Of a stretch of 43,685 nt of DNA, positions 10,329 through 21,400 are shown piece by piece; position 1 is the stretch's first letter; the number at the start of each line of letters is the position of its first letter. The position numbers and the translations under genes are program-made. The stretch comes from Octopus bimaculoides (lineage: Eukaryota). The DNA lies in NCBI RefSeq assembly GCF_001194135.2, contig NC_068990.1, positions 28,798 through 72,482 on the forward strand, written 5' to 3'. The notes under the pieces were generated by a model. That model was not told where the DNA came from. It searched no databases and saw only the letters and a program-made list of their open reading frames with translations.

Positions 10329-11466
10329 TGTAGTGAAACTAACACCTCGATCGCCATTATATACAAACAAACCATCTTCTCTCGCTGTTATAAATATAAT
10401 CAAGTTCGGGCGTAGTAGAAAACATCTTTCCCTGTCATCACGTGACTGATTATTATTTGAAGCGGCAACTGCTTCGTACCGTTCCCGCCAGAACGCAAAC
10501 TGACCAATCACAGCCCCTAATAAGGTCACGTGATAGTGTTCTTCTAATGCCTTCGGTGGAGCCTACTTTCAGCTATAAATAGACTGCTAGATACCCAGTA
10601 AATTCATCTCGGTTCAGTTCTCTTAGAGACCTGTTCCGTGTACCACACAGCAGCAGCAGTTCCAGTGACAACAATCACAGCTTCGTCCAACTACGACTAC
10701 CAGCAGCAACACGACTCTACGACGACTACCAGCATCGCCACCGCCAGTCAACATGACTCTACGACTACTACCAGCATCGCCGCCGCCAGTCAACACGACA
10801 CTACGAACTACAAGATTCGCCACCGACATCGCCAACATCATCAACACGACTTTCCACGTACACAAGCTACCAAACAGTAACTGCGGCACTTCCCTCTTCA
10901 ATTCTGTTTGTGCGATTCACCTTCGCCACGATAGACAACAGACAAGAACCTAGCCTGCGACGAACATCTGTATATAAGAACCCGGCTCGGCATGGAAGCC
11001 CTAACATCACGACGAGTGATCGCTCTGCCACACACGCCTCGACTTCTTACATACAGACACATACCACTGTGTACTCTAAAAACTGGTATAAATGCTCACA
11101 CGTGTTACTGACTCTTTTTCTATCTGCTGTATCTCACACATACACATACATGTATCACTTACACACACTCTTTTCTTTACACGACGGCCTGTCTTTTATT
11201 ATGTTTTCATTATGTCGCATTCACACTCACACACAGACATACATTTTAATGCTACAATAAATATTACTGTTATTCATCTTCTATCGGTTGTGTTCTATCG
11301 TCTTCATTACTGGCCATTTACGAATTCACTATGTTATCGAAGTATAACATATGTATATCACTTGATATATATTTTGTGTTCGACCATGTGACGCGTTTAA
11401 GAAAGGAGCCCTGTTTTTTCCATTCGTCACCATTTCTCCTTTTGGGTTCGCACGGTCGTTCTTACA
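10329..11466 (+). mobile_element. Probable solo LTR (1138 bp)
   Basis: TGTA...TACA termini with TATA on both sides. CpG-rich relative to the flanks. TCACGTGA twice (cores at 10439 and 10527), CCAAT at 10504, TATAAATA at 10574, AATAAA at 11256. No internal coding region follows. Confidence 0.75.
10439..10581 (+). promoter_or_regulatory. Pol II promoter-like module inside the solo LTR (two E-boxes, CCAAT, TATA), antisense to the host gene
   Basis: Motifs are in canonical order and spacing, with CCAAT 70 nt upstream of TATA. Activity is not shown by the sequence. Confidence 0.5.
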
Positions 11467-11506
11467 TATACATATATATATCATCATCATCATCGTTTAA
11501 CGTCCG

Positions 11507-11550
<44 letters not shown>

Positions 11551-11554
11551 ATCA

Positions 11555-11810
11555 TGTTCATCAACATTTAATGCCCACTTTCCCTACTGGCATGGGTTGG
11601 ATGGCTTGACAATATCTGACAAGTTACAATGCCATGTCAAGCTCCAATGTCTGGAGTGAAGATAGCACTAGCAACTGGCTGATACCTGTTTTCCTCATTT
11701 GAGCAGGATGGAGTAACATAGTTTCTATGGCTGAATGCCTTTCTTAATACCAATCACTTTACAGAGTATACTGGGTACTTTTTTCATGCCACTGATGCAA
11801 ACACACACAT
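11555..11810 (-). mobile_element. Older, degenerate RTE-tail-like fragment containing a ~65-bp SINE piece
   Basis: tttaatgcccactttcc...ggcatgggttggatgg...gcctttcttaataccaatcac resembles the reverse-complemented tail. 11653-11720 resembles 12158-12225. Confidence 0.55.
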
Positions 11811-12084
11811 ACACACACACTCATACATACATGTATGCTTTATGAGGAGAAAGAAGAGAGAAAAAATGATGGGATAAGGAGAGGTGGAGGAAGACAGAGT
11901 GGAGGAACAAAGAAAATGATAAAAATTCGAAGAAAAGGATGATGATAAAGAAGAAGAATAGATAAAAAAAAAAGAAAAAATGGAAGAATAGTAAAGACAA
12001 ATGCATAGCAGTCACTTGCAAGCAAATGTGACTTGATAGTAAGTATCATGGTTCCGATAATTGTTTTAGGCACCTATGAACTCA

Positions 12085-12337
12085 TGAGTAGAAGCAGATA
12101 CCCTTCACATCCCTCCTATCTCTGACCATGCAGAATGTCAAAAATGCAATAACATGAGGGAGTGAAGACGGTACTAGCAACTGGCTGATACCCGTTTTCA
12201 TCATCTGAACTAGATGGAATAACATGAAATAAAGTGCCATGCACAAAGACGCAATGTTCCACCTAGCCCAGGAATTAAACTCCATGACATTATGATCATA
12301 AGGTCAACAGCTAAACTACTAGGCCATATGCTTTCAC
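12085..12337 (-). mobile_element. tRNA-derived SINE (family B-related), degenerate
   Basis: ggaataacatgaaataaagtgcc...ggaattaaactccatgac...ctactaggccatatgctttcac. Confidence 0.6.
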
Positions 12338-12368
12338 TACTGAGGATGAACGAGATAAAAGAAATGGT

Positions 12369-13274
12369 GGATCTTTTCATTTTGGCTGCCAATTTTCAAA
12401 AATTCAAAGTTTATTGAAAATTTTAAAATTTGGTGCATTAATGTAGTTTTTGAAGCTGAATCTCAGGAGATATTTCACTTTGTCCAGAAAAATTTCTAAA
12501 ATAGGTTATAGACGTTTAAAGTTTGATCATTTTCACTCAGTCAGAAAACAGGATTTGGAAGCTGTCATTTTGTGCGTGACGTGTTTTAATATGAAACTGT
12601 AACTAAATCAACTTCTACTTTAAAGGGAATTTTACGATTATGTAAAAACCAAAAGAAATTTGGGGTGTGTGTGATTTAAGGCCTATTTGGCTGTTATTTT
12701 GAGCATGTTTTAGCAGCAGAACACAGCACAAACGCACATGCTTTTGCATAGAATATATTTGTCAACACATGCTATTTTGCAGACAAAAGAGTTCTCATGT
12801 TTGGCTTGTTACTATGGAAACAAGCACGAACATATCTGTAGCTTATAATTGGCTAAAATTACCCAAAATTTTCAAACTTTAAAAGTTAATAACTCCTTAT
12901 TAAAAGCTAATAACTCCTTATTAAAAGCTAATAACTCCTTATTAAAAGCTAATAACTCCTTATTAAAAGCTAATAACTCCTTATTAAAAGCTAATAACTC
13001 CTTATTAAAAGCTAATAACTCCTTATTAAAAGCTAATAACTCCTTATTAAAAGCTAATAACTCCTTATTAAAAGCTAATAACTCCTTATTAAAAGCTAAT
13101 AACTCCTTATTAAAAGCTAATAACTCCTTATTTATTGATTTATTGTGAAATTGAATTTCAAAGAAGTGATTAGCATATAAAATCATATCATTACAACAAA
13201 TATGAGATCATTTTGAGGAAGATCTGAAGAGACTGAAAACTGACAGCCAAACTAAAAAGATCCGAAAGGGTTAA
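12369..13274 (+). mobile_element. Non-autonomous DNA transposon (MITE, piggyBac-like end GAAAGGGTTAA) containing a 21-bp tandem array
   Basis: Subterminal inverted repeats ggatcttttcatttggctgcc / gacagccaaactaaaaagatcc. A homologous copy lies inverted at 42636-43347. Confidence 0.7.
12888..13132. repeat. Minisatellite (AATAACTCCTTATTAAAAGCT) x11 perfect units plus a partial twelfth
   Basis: Read directly from the sequence. I saw no variant among the units. Confidence 0.98.
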
Positions 13275-13299
13275 GACAAAGAAGAAATTGGTGTTGAAG

Positions 13300-13342
<43 letters not shown>

Positions 13343-13367
13343 GAAGCAAACAAAGACTGTGGATTAC

Positions 13368-13593
13368 CTGTTGCTGAAATTATGAGGTTGTCCTGTTGTT
13401 GTTGTTGTTGCTGCTGTTGCTGCTGCTGCTGCTTTGAAGTGGAGTCAGTGGCAGTGATTCCTTCAGTATTCAATGACATTGGTAACATCTGCTGATTATT
13501 ATTGTCTTCAGTCCCTTGACCTTCTACTGATTTCTGTAGCAGGGTTGGCAGTTGCTTTATCTGCTGCTGAAATGCCTGCATATTCTGGATTCC
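13368..13593 (-). CDS. Host gene exon (226 nt, phase 0-1), Q-rich, with a Q13 tract (13393-13431)
   Basis: Long polypyrimidine acceptor ctgtctctgtctttgtctctcAG|GGA at 13595-13594, donor ACAG|GTAATC at 13367. Phase matches the preceding exon. Confidence 0.88.
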
Positions 13594-14074
13594 CTGAGAG
13601 ACAAAGACAGAGACAGAAGTAGGAAAGGGTTCTACAAACTGACCAACAAAGGACAATGGTGACATGATGATAATACAACACTTAATAGCAGTGGTGGTGA
13701 GCAGGGTGCTGCAGCGACTGCAATGGTGCCAATGGTGGTGGTGACAACAATGGCAGCAGCGGCAGCAACAGCAACAACGACAACAATGACGATGACGATG
13801 ATGATGATGATGATGATAGTTATGATGCTACTGTTGTGTAGCCCTAGGTCAGCTGTGATTGAACAAAAGAGCTATAATCAAAGACAGTCACACTCCAACC
13901 ATGATCATTAGGCCTTTTTTTAAGTGGGTATCTAAGACTATAGTAACTAATATATGTTTGTCTTCTCCTTTCTTTAAGACAGTAGGGAATTATTTGGTAG
14001 CTTATTTCTCGCATAACCAGCTACATAGAAGTGGAATTTCTCTGTTCTAACTTGTTATTAATCCAAACTATTTA

Positions 14075-14255
14075 AAGTGGTCAGTGTTAGAAAGGGCATC
14101 CAGCTGTAAAAACCATGCCAAAGCAGACCTCGTCAATGCTGGTGCCACGCAAAAAGCACCCTGTCCACATTGTGGTTGGCGTTAGGAAGAGCATCTAGCC
14201 ATAAAAACCATACCAAAATGGAGCTTGTTACAGTCCGCTTGATGATGATGATGCT
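14075..14255 (+). mobile_element. Older, degenerate RTE-tail-like fragment
   Basis: gttagaaagggcatccagctgtaaaaacc...gttggcgttaggaagagcatctagcc...gatgatgatgatg. Confidence 0.6.
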
Positions 14256-15585
14256 CCCTCTTGATCACAAGTGACCACATTCAGGTTCCTTCTTGACTGA
14301 CTAGAAAATGGTGACAATGATGATAGTGGTGATGAAAACAATGGTGATTATAGTGAGAATGATAATAATATTGGTGTTGATGATGATGATGATGCTGATG
14401 ATGATGATGATGATGTGGTGGTGGTGGTGGTAGTAATGATGATTATGATAATTGCTGTTGCTTTTATTGTTAACCTGATATCAGCTTGATCAAAAGGCAC
14501 TCCACTCATGACCTTCCTCTCTGTATTGTATATCTTGGACCATATTCTCCCCGGGATCCCTCTTTTTACTAACCCCATGGCATCGGATGGCATCAAGTTA
14601 TGCAGCCTTATCTACTGCGGTTTTTATACTGGCTTCTGGACCAGTTGATATAAATATCCACTATCATTTGCTGAGTCATGTACATTTCAAGGAATCTGAT
14701 AGGTTTATTAGATTCCTCATGTAAATATTTCCAACTTGGTTCAAGCCTTTATCACTATAATAGTTTAAAATCTGAAATTTTGGTGCTTACACAACCATTT
14801 CCACTATGACTTCACCATTTATGGTAATAATTGCATCCAGTTATGCTAGTTTCACTGAATTCACAATCCTCATGTTCATCTTCATGTCCAGCCACACCAG
14901 CTTTGAGTTCATCGTCGCATTCATCTATGCCAGCTTTGTTGAATTTATGATCTTCATCTCATTTGCCATTATGTCCATCTATGTCAAATTCCTCCGCATT
15001 AACATCACGTGGTGATTGGTGGTGGTGGTGGTGACGTTAGTTGTAATGGGGCTAATTAGAAATTACTGTTCATAGATAGCGGACAACTAAAGCCCAGAGA
15101 GGTAACCAGGTTCTAAAGTTAGTGGTAGCGAGTACATGAAAAAAAAAAAAGGTGCCATGACACACACCAAATTTTTAATTCATTTCTCTTATATTATATG
15201 AAATATTTCATTAGTTATAATATACGTAATTGTATTATACATTCATTAATTTCATGTTTCAGTAACAACGTCATTATGTATGAGACTTACAGCTACTGAT
15301 ATAGGTAACTAAAGAGTTAAAATAAATTCTTGGAAAGGTGCCAATTTGGAAAAATGTGCTTGGAGTAAGTGGTCACTCCCCTTGATCCCTTATTAGCTAA
15401 GTCACAGCTAATGCCATGAGTTATGCATACTGTCTGCCAGGCCTGGCTGGAGTAAAACACAAAATATGAGGAAAAAGACTTTAACCCATGGCTTTGTGAC
15501 CAGTAAGTAGTCAATCTTAATCTGCCAACGGTATCCCAAGATAAACATTCTACCTGACAGTTTTTCAATGTTAAGTTAAACTTAC

Positions 15586-15713
15586 TGGAACAGAAGCCAT
15601 CATTAGTGTTTGCCCACTGGATGTTGGTATAATCACAGCGGGGATTTGTGTTGGCAAGCTGCTCTGACCAGCAGGTGGATACCGTCGAGGCCGACCACGT
15701 CCTCGTTTCATCC
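15586..15713 (-). CDS. Host gene exon (128 nt, phase 1-0) with AT-hook 2 (MKRGRGRPRRYPP)
   Basis: Acceptor ttttatttgacAG|GG at 15715-15714, donor CCA|GTAAGT at 15585. GRP core flanked by basic residues. Confidence 0.9.
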
Positions 15714-16095
15714 CTGTCAAATAAAAAAAGAAAGATAATTCAGTATACAGTGAAAACACAATAGCCAATGCCTCTTCTTTGCATGGATTTATTAGAAAAA
15801 CAAAAGACAGAATGAAAACAGAACATTAATTACAATTAAAAATCACAACATACATATAGGCATACATCGACTTATGTTGTTTTAAATTGTGTCTTTTTTG
15901 GCTTTGGGATTTTTTTTATTATAAAGAAATTAAAGGGGAAAAAATAAACCTTGACTTCAGTTGATTTATCCCACTTTATGTCGGTCTCAGCAAACATATT
16001 AAAAGCATGAAACTTTAAAACTACATAAAAACCAATAATGAATTGCAAAATCATAAAATACATGGAAAAATAAGCTCAAATATTTTTTTAAATAG

Positions 16096-16465
16096 TTACC
16101 TCCTCCAAGGAAGGAGGTTATGTTTTCATTGGTGTTGGTTTGTCCGTCTGTGTGCAAAATAACTCAAAAAGTTGTGAACGGTTGGTAATGACACAAGGAA
16201 CAGATAATGAAATTTTGGTAGTGATCTGGGAATTTTTATGGATTCTTGAAGGATTTTTCATTTGTTATATTTACTTTACATGAAGTATTACAATGTTACG
16301 CTCTTTGATTATCTCCCTTGAAAACACGGTCATCGTTTCCACGTAATCTATGGTGGCGTTGCTGTTTCCAAAGTTTATTTTCGTTTCTTTATTAGTAATT
16401 TTACTCGCGTATCTATCTTAAAATGAGCTTGGCGGAGGTCTGCACTCTTCGAGTGCTTTTCTAGT
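16096..16465 (+). mobile_element. Helentron-associated non-autonomous element (HINE/DINE-1-like)
   Basis: 5' ttacctcctccaagg and subterminal cttggcggagg inverted repeat, 3' hairpin GCACTC-TTC-GAGTGC, terminus CTAGT in a T-run. Confidence 0.75.
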
Positions 16466-17486
16466 TTTTCATGTTACATTATTTATCAATTTAAGTTGCA
16501 TATCTTGGAACCAATCACCAACATTAAGTTGAGGAATAATATATAATGTATTTTGGTAAAGGGAAACTGAGGGAAGAGAGAAATAGAGGGAGAAAGAGAA
16601 AGAAGGTGTGTGTATAATGATAATGAACTCAGTCCAACCCATGCCAGCATGGACAATGTGTGTTAAATGATGATGATGATGCTCGGGTGCACTACAGAAA
16701 AGTTAGCCAAAACTCCTCCCTAAAATTACTGCCCTTATGCCAAAAATTTGAAACAGTAATTTCGTTGTTTTTCCAGCCTGTAAAGCTGTGTTGTATGGCT
16801 GGTTATATAATAACATTACTATCCTTGATCGTGAATTTTTTAAGTTCGAAGATCGTGAATTTTGTAAGTACGTTTTGCCGTGGTGAGTGACAGCACGTCA
16901 ATTTAAGCAAAAAATGTTATCTTTAAAACTTTTTATTTCTAATTATTTCACGTGTTGAAAAGAGTTATTTCCCTTATATCAATAAACGCATACATTTCCT
17001 TGAAGAACGATAACAAATAATCTGTCGCAATTAAACCGATGTTGTAATTAATACTAATTACTACTAACTGGTGCACTTGAGCCATAACATCAAGGTAAAA
17101 TTCTTGACGAATTTTCAACTTAGCTTCGATTGCCAGATGCCGTTATTTCACACAGGTAATGTTTACGAATGCCTTTCAAAAAAGACAACAATATAGAAAT
17201 AAAAGAGTCGAGGTTTTTATTTTTTATATTAATTTACAGAAGAGGTTTCTTTCTGCTTCATATACTGGCAATTACCAAGGAAGAAATGATATGTTGACAA
17301 TATTTCAATCAACGGGGTTTTTTTAACAGTATACAATAGCCATATGTATTTATTTCTTACTATTCAAGCTTAGTACAAAACATGCTGCGAACATACGCCT
17401 AGTGAGATGGATTCCAGCCAAAAGGAGAATTCATTAACCAATACAAGAGAGTAACTACTTGGCCGTTTCTTTCAGGACAACTCTCT

Positions 17487-17522
<36 letters not shown>

Positions 17523-17524
<2 letters not shown>

Positions 17525-17830
17525 GACTTTCGAACGAGATCGTAGCCAGTGCCCCTGGACTGGCTCTTGTGCGGGTGGTACATGAAATACACCATTTTGA
17601 GCGTGGCCGTTGCCAGTACTGCCTGACTGGCCTTCGTGCCGGTGGCACGTAAAAGCACCCACTACACTCTCTGAGTGGTTGGCGTTAGGAAGGGCATCCA
17701 GCTGTAGAAACTCTGCCAAATCAGATTGGAGCCTGGTGTAGCCATCTGGTTTCACCAGTCCTCAGTCAAATCGTCCAACCCATGCTAGCATGGAAAATGG
17801 ACGTTAAATGATGATGATGATGATGATGAT
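17523..17830 (+). mobile_element. 5'-truncated RTE 3' UTR copy
   Basis: Matches the 3' end of copies 1 and 2 and ends in (GAT)n. Preceded by a poly-T run. ggactttc occurs at both junctions. Confidence 0.9.
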
Positions 17831-18219
17831 TTAGGACTTTCTGAATGGTACACCTAATGAAAAATTACTTTGAATATTTTTAGTAGTGCAACCTGCCTGA
17901 TGGAGAGCCACGTCTCAAGTGGTCTGTTTTTCAAGAAAGGTTGTCCATGCCAGGTATACGATTAAGATTAAAGAATTATTAGAATTATAAGATTAGAATT
18001 AGGACTAAAGGACTACAATTAATAATAAATGCATAGAGTTAGAACTGCATTTAAAAGATTAGGGTTATGACTAGAAGAACAGTATCAGGATTAAAGGACT
18101 AGATTCGGAGTCAAGATTACAGGAGGGCAGTGATCAAAATTTCAGAGTTGTCATGTTTGAATGATGACACTGATAATGATGTTAATGGTGTTGTTGATGA
18201 TGATAATAGTCTGACTTAC

Positions 18220-18360
18220 CAGGTCCAAGTAAAAATGGTGCAAGTGTATTAGCTTCCTTGGTGCCAGATCGTTTCCTTTTTACTCCAGCAGGTGTCACTT
18301 CTTCATCATCTGGGGCAGTGGCTCCTTCATCTTCACTTGAAATCTCTAGAATTTCATAAT
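18220..18360 (-). CDS. Host gene exon (141 nt, phase 1-1): DYEILEISSEDE...VKRKRSG...LLGP, with an NLS-like KRKR
   Basis: Acceptor ctttcAG|AT at 18362-18361, donor CCTG|GTAAGT at 18219. In frame with neighbours. The upstream intron is about 18.4 kb. Confidence 0.88.
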
Positions 18361-18473
18361 CTGAAAGTGGAGACAAATATTTAGAGGGTACAGAATTTAA
18401 GATGTACATCTTAGAGGGAGTGGAACAGGTAAAATCCAGGCCACATATGTCTCCTAGCTGGCAGATCCTCTGA

Positions 18474-21400
18474 TCATCATCATCATCATCATCATCATCA
18501 TTTAACGTCCGCTTTCCATGCTGGCATAGGTTGCTCGGTTTGACTGAGGACTGGCAAGCCAGTAGGCTGCACCAGGCTCCAATCTGATCTGGTAGAGTTT
18601 CTACACCTGGATGCCTTTCCAAATGCCAACCATTCCAAAAGTGTAGCGGTTGCTTTTTACATGTCACCAGCATAGGAGCCAGTCAGGGGCCACTGGCATC
18701 GACCACGTCTTCTCAAGCACATTCTATCGCCCGATAATTCAAATGTAGTTTTAAAAGGGCTGGTTATGCAACACTGGCATTGACCGCAGCTGTGACCTCA
18801 CTTTACTTGCCAGATCTTCTCAAACAAGGCATATCTCCAAAGGTCTCAGTCTTTTGTAATTGACTCTCTGAGGCACAACATTCAAAGGTCGAGCTTCACC
18901 ACCTCATCCCATGTCTTCCTAGGTCTACCTCATCTACAGGTTTCTTCCACTCTTAGAATATGACACTCCTTCACACAGCCGTCGTCATCCATACACTACA
19001 TATGACCATACCAGTGCAGTCGTCTCTCTTGCACACCACATATGTTTCTTATGTCCAACTTTTCTCTCAGGGCACTTCCACTCTGTTATGTATGCACACT
19101 GACATTACACCTCCAGCAGAGCATACTAGATTCATTTCTTTCAAGCTTACGCATGTCCTCAGCAGCCATGGCCTATGTTTCACTGCCATGTAGCATGGCT
19201 GTTCGCACACAAGCATCATAATCTACCTTTCACTCTGAGTGAGAGGCCCTTTGTTACCAGCAGAGGTAGGCTCTCTGAACTTTGCCCAAGCTATTATTCT
19301 AGCAGCTATGCTCTCAGAGCATCCAGCCCCACTACAGACTTGGTCACCTAGGTAGCAGAAACTATCAACTACTTGTAGTTTTTCCCCTGGCATGTGATGG
19401 ACTCTGTTATCTGTACATCTATGGTGTTTATTGCCCCTGTGCATCTGCTACAAACAAAAACTGTCTTCCCAGTTAACCTTCCTCCAATATTGGTGCACCT
19501 CTTATGTGTCCATAGCTTACACTGGGTACATCGTATGAAGTTTACACCAATGCTTTTTTATACAAATCGAGCAGGGCCATCTACCTGAAAAGGTTTGTGA
19601 TTTGTCTTCCTTCCTACTTACTAGGACTCTGGTTTTTGCTAGGTTGACTCTAAGGCCCTTTGATTCTAGACCTTGCTTCCACACCTGAAATTTCTCCTCT
19701 AGTTCTGATAGTAACTCAGCTATTAGAGCAAGGTCACAGCATACAGGTATTCCGAGGGAAAGCTTGTCTTGAATTCTTCTGTTATTGCTTGGAGGATTAT
19801 GATGAATAAGAGGGGCCTGAGGACTGATCCTTGGTGGACCCTACCTCTACTTCTACCCGGAATTCTTCACTGTACTCATTGCCAACCCTCACCTTACTGA
19901 CAGCATCCCTGTACATGGCTTGCACAGCTCTCACTAACCATTCATCTATCCCCAGTTTCTTCATAGGCCACCAGATAAGGGGTCAGAGGACCCTGTCAAA
20001 GACTTTCTCCAAGTCAACGAAAGACAGGTACAGAGGTTTATCTTTGGCAAGGTATTTCTCCTGCAGCTGCCTTACCAGAAATATAGCATCAGTGGTGCTT
20101 TTCCCTGGCACAAACCCAAACTGCATCTCGTCTAGACTGACTCTCTCCCAAATTAGTTGGGCTATGACTCTCTCCATGACTCTCATCACCTGATCCAGCA
20201 ATTTGATACCCCTGTGGTTATTTCTATCTAAAGCATTACCTTTACTTTTGTATCAGTTGACTATGGTGCTGCTACACCAGTCATTGGGTAAGACTCCTTC
20301 ATGAACTACCTGATTTACAACACAGGTGACTAGACCATAACCCACACCACCAGATATTTTAAGCATCTCAGCAGTGATTCCTGATGGGCAAGGGGCTTTT
20401 CCTGACTTCATACCCTTAATTGCTTTATCTACCAGGGAGATGTCTATTCGGATACCTGGTCCCTCTACTGGGTCAACCTTTGGCAGATTCTCCTCCTCCC
20501 ATTCATTCTCCATGTTCAGCAGTCTTTCATAATGGCAACTCCAAGCCTCTTTCTTTGCAGAAGCATTAAATGCAAGTGAACCATCATCCATGCGGACACA
20601 TTTCTCTCCTATGACATCACAATTTTCTTTCACACAGTGTCTTGCAATCTGAAATACTTCAGTTCTTTGGCCCTTAAGTCGCTGAACATTGGCAAATTTC
20701 TTTTCTGCTTCTCCCTTTGCTATATATACCTGTCTCCTAGCTTTCCATCTGGCTATCTGATACAGTTCCCTGCTACCCCCACTTTTCCAGATTTTCCAGG
20801 ACTGTTCCTTTGCTCTATTGGCCCTGTCTACAGTATTGTTCCACCACTACATTACCCTAGATCTGGAAGGGACTATCCACCAGCCACAGACTTGATCTGT
20901 GGCACTCAGCAAGCTGTCTCACAGGAATTACCAGTTGCCCTCTATGTTACAAGTCTGTAGCTCCTTCTCCCTCTCATCAAATTTCTCAATGAGGATGTCC
21001 TTAAATCTCTGACCATGTGAAGAGTTCTTAAGCTTCCAAATCCCTTCTTTTCCAGATTTGGTCTCCTTCTTGGCATCCTTCTGGCCTTGAGTCTAAAGTC
21101 GCTGGCGGGTACATTCTTCACCGAGGAGGGTCTTTGTATTTAAGAGCAACCATGCATCTCACTGTCTGGTGAGAATGAAATCGATCTGGCTAGCAGAGTC
21201 ACCTGATTGATAGGTTATCAGGTGGTTGGCTGGCTTCCTGAAGTTGGTGTCGCAGATCAATAGGTTATTTGCATCACAGAACTCCAGTAGCCAAGTTCCC
21301 TCTTCATTTCGGGAACCATGTACACCATGGAAGATACCAGGTTGCCGTCCGACATGCCCATTAAAATCTCCAGCCACAAAGCTGAGATCATTGTCACTCA

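Noticed and set aside
12849-13186. Heptad ORFs (NNSLLKA)n and (AFNKELL)n that look like coiled coils
   Set aside because: A 21-bp stop-free repeat is open on both strands automatically. It lies inside a MITE, starts at a non-ATG codon on the plus strand and has no splice context.
13252-13665. Using the upstream AG at ~13640 or read-through into (TC)n as coding sequence
   Set aside because: The FVEPFPTSVSVFVSQ stretch is the polypyrimidine tract, and the SLSLSL tail lies past a good GT donor.
14348-14700. Minus ORF MMPSDAMGLVKRGIPGR.. as an extra host exon
   Set aside because: The acceptor is weak, and the available donor (AG|GTTAAC) is phase 2, which breaks the frame into the phase-0 exon at 13593.
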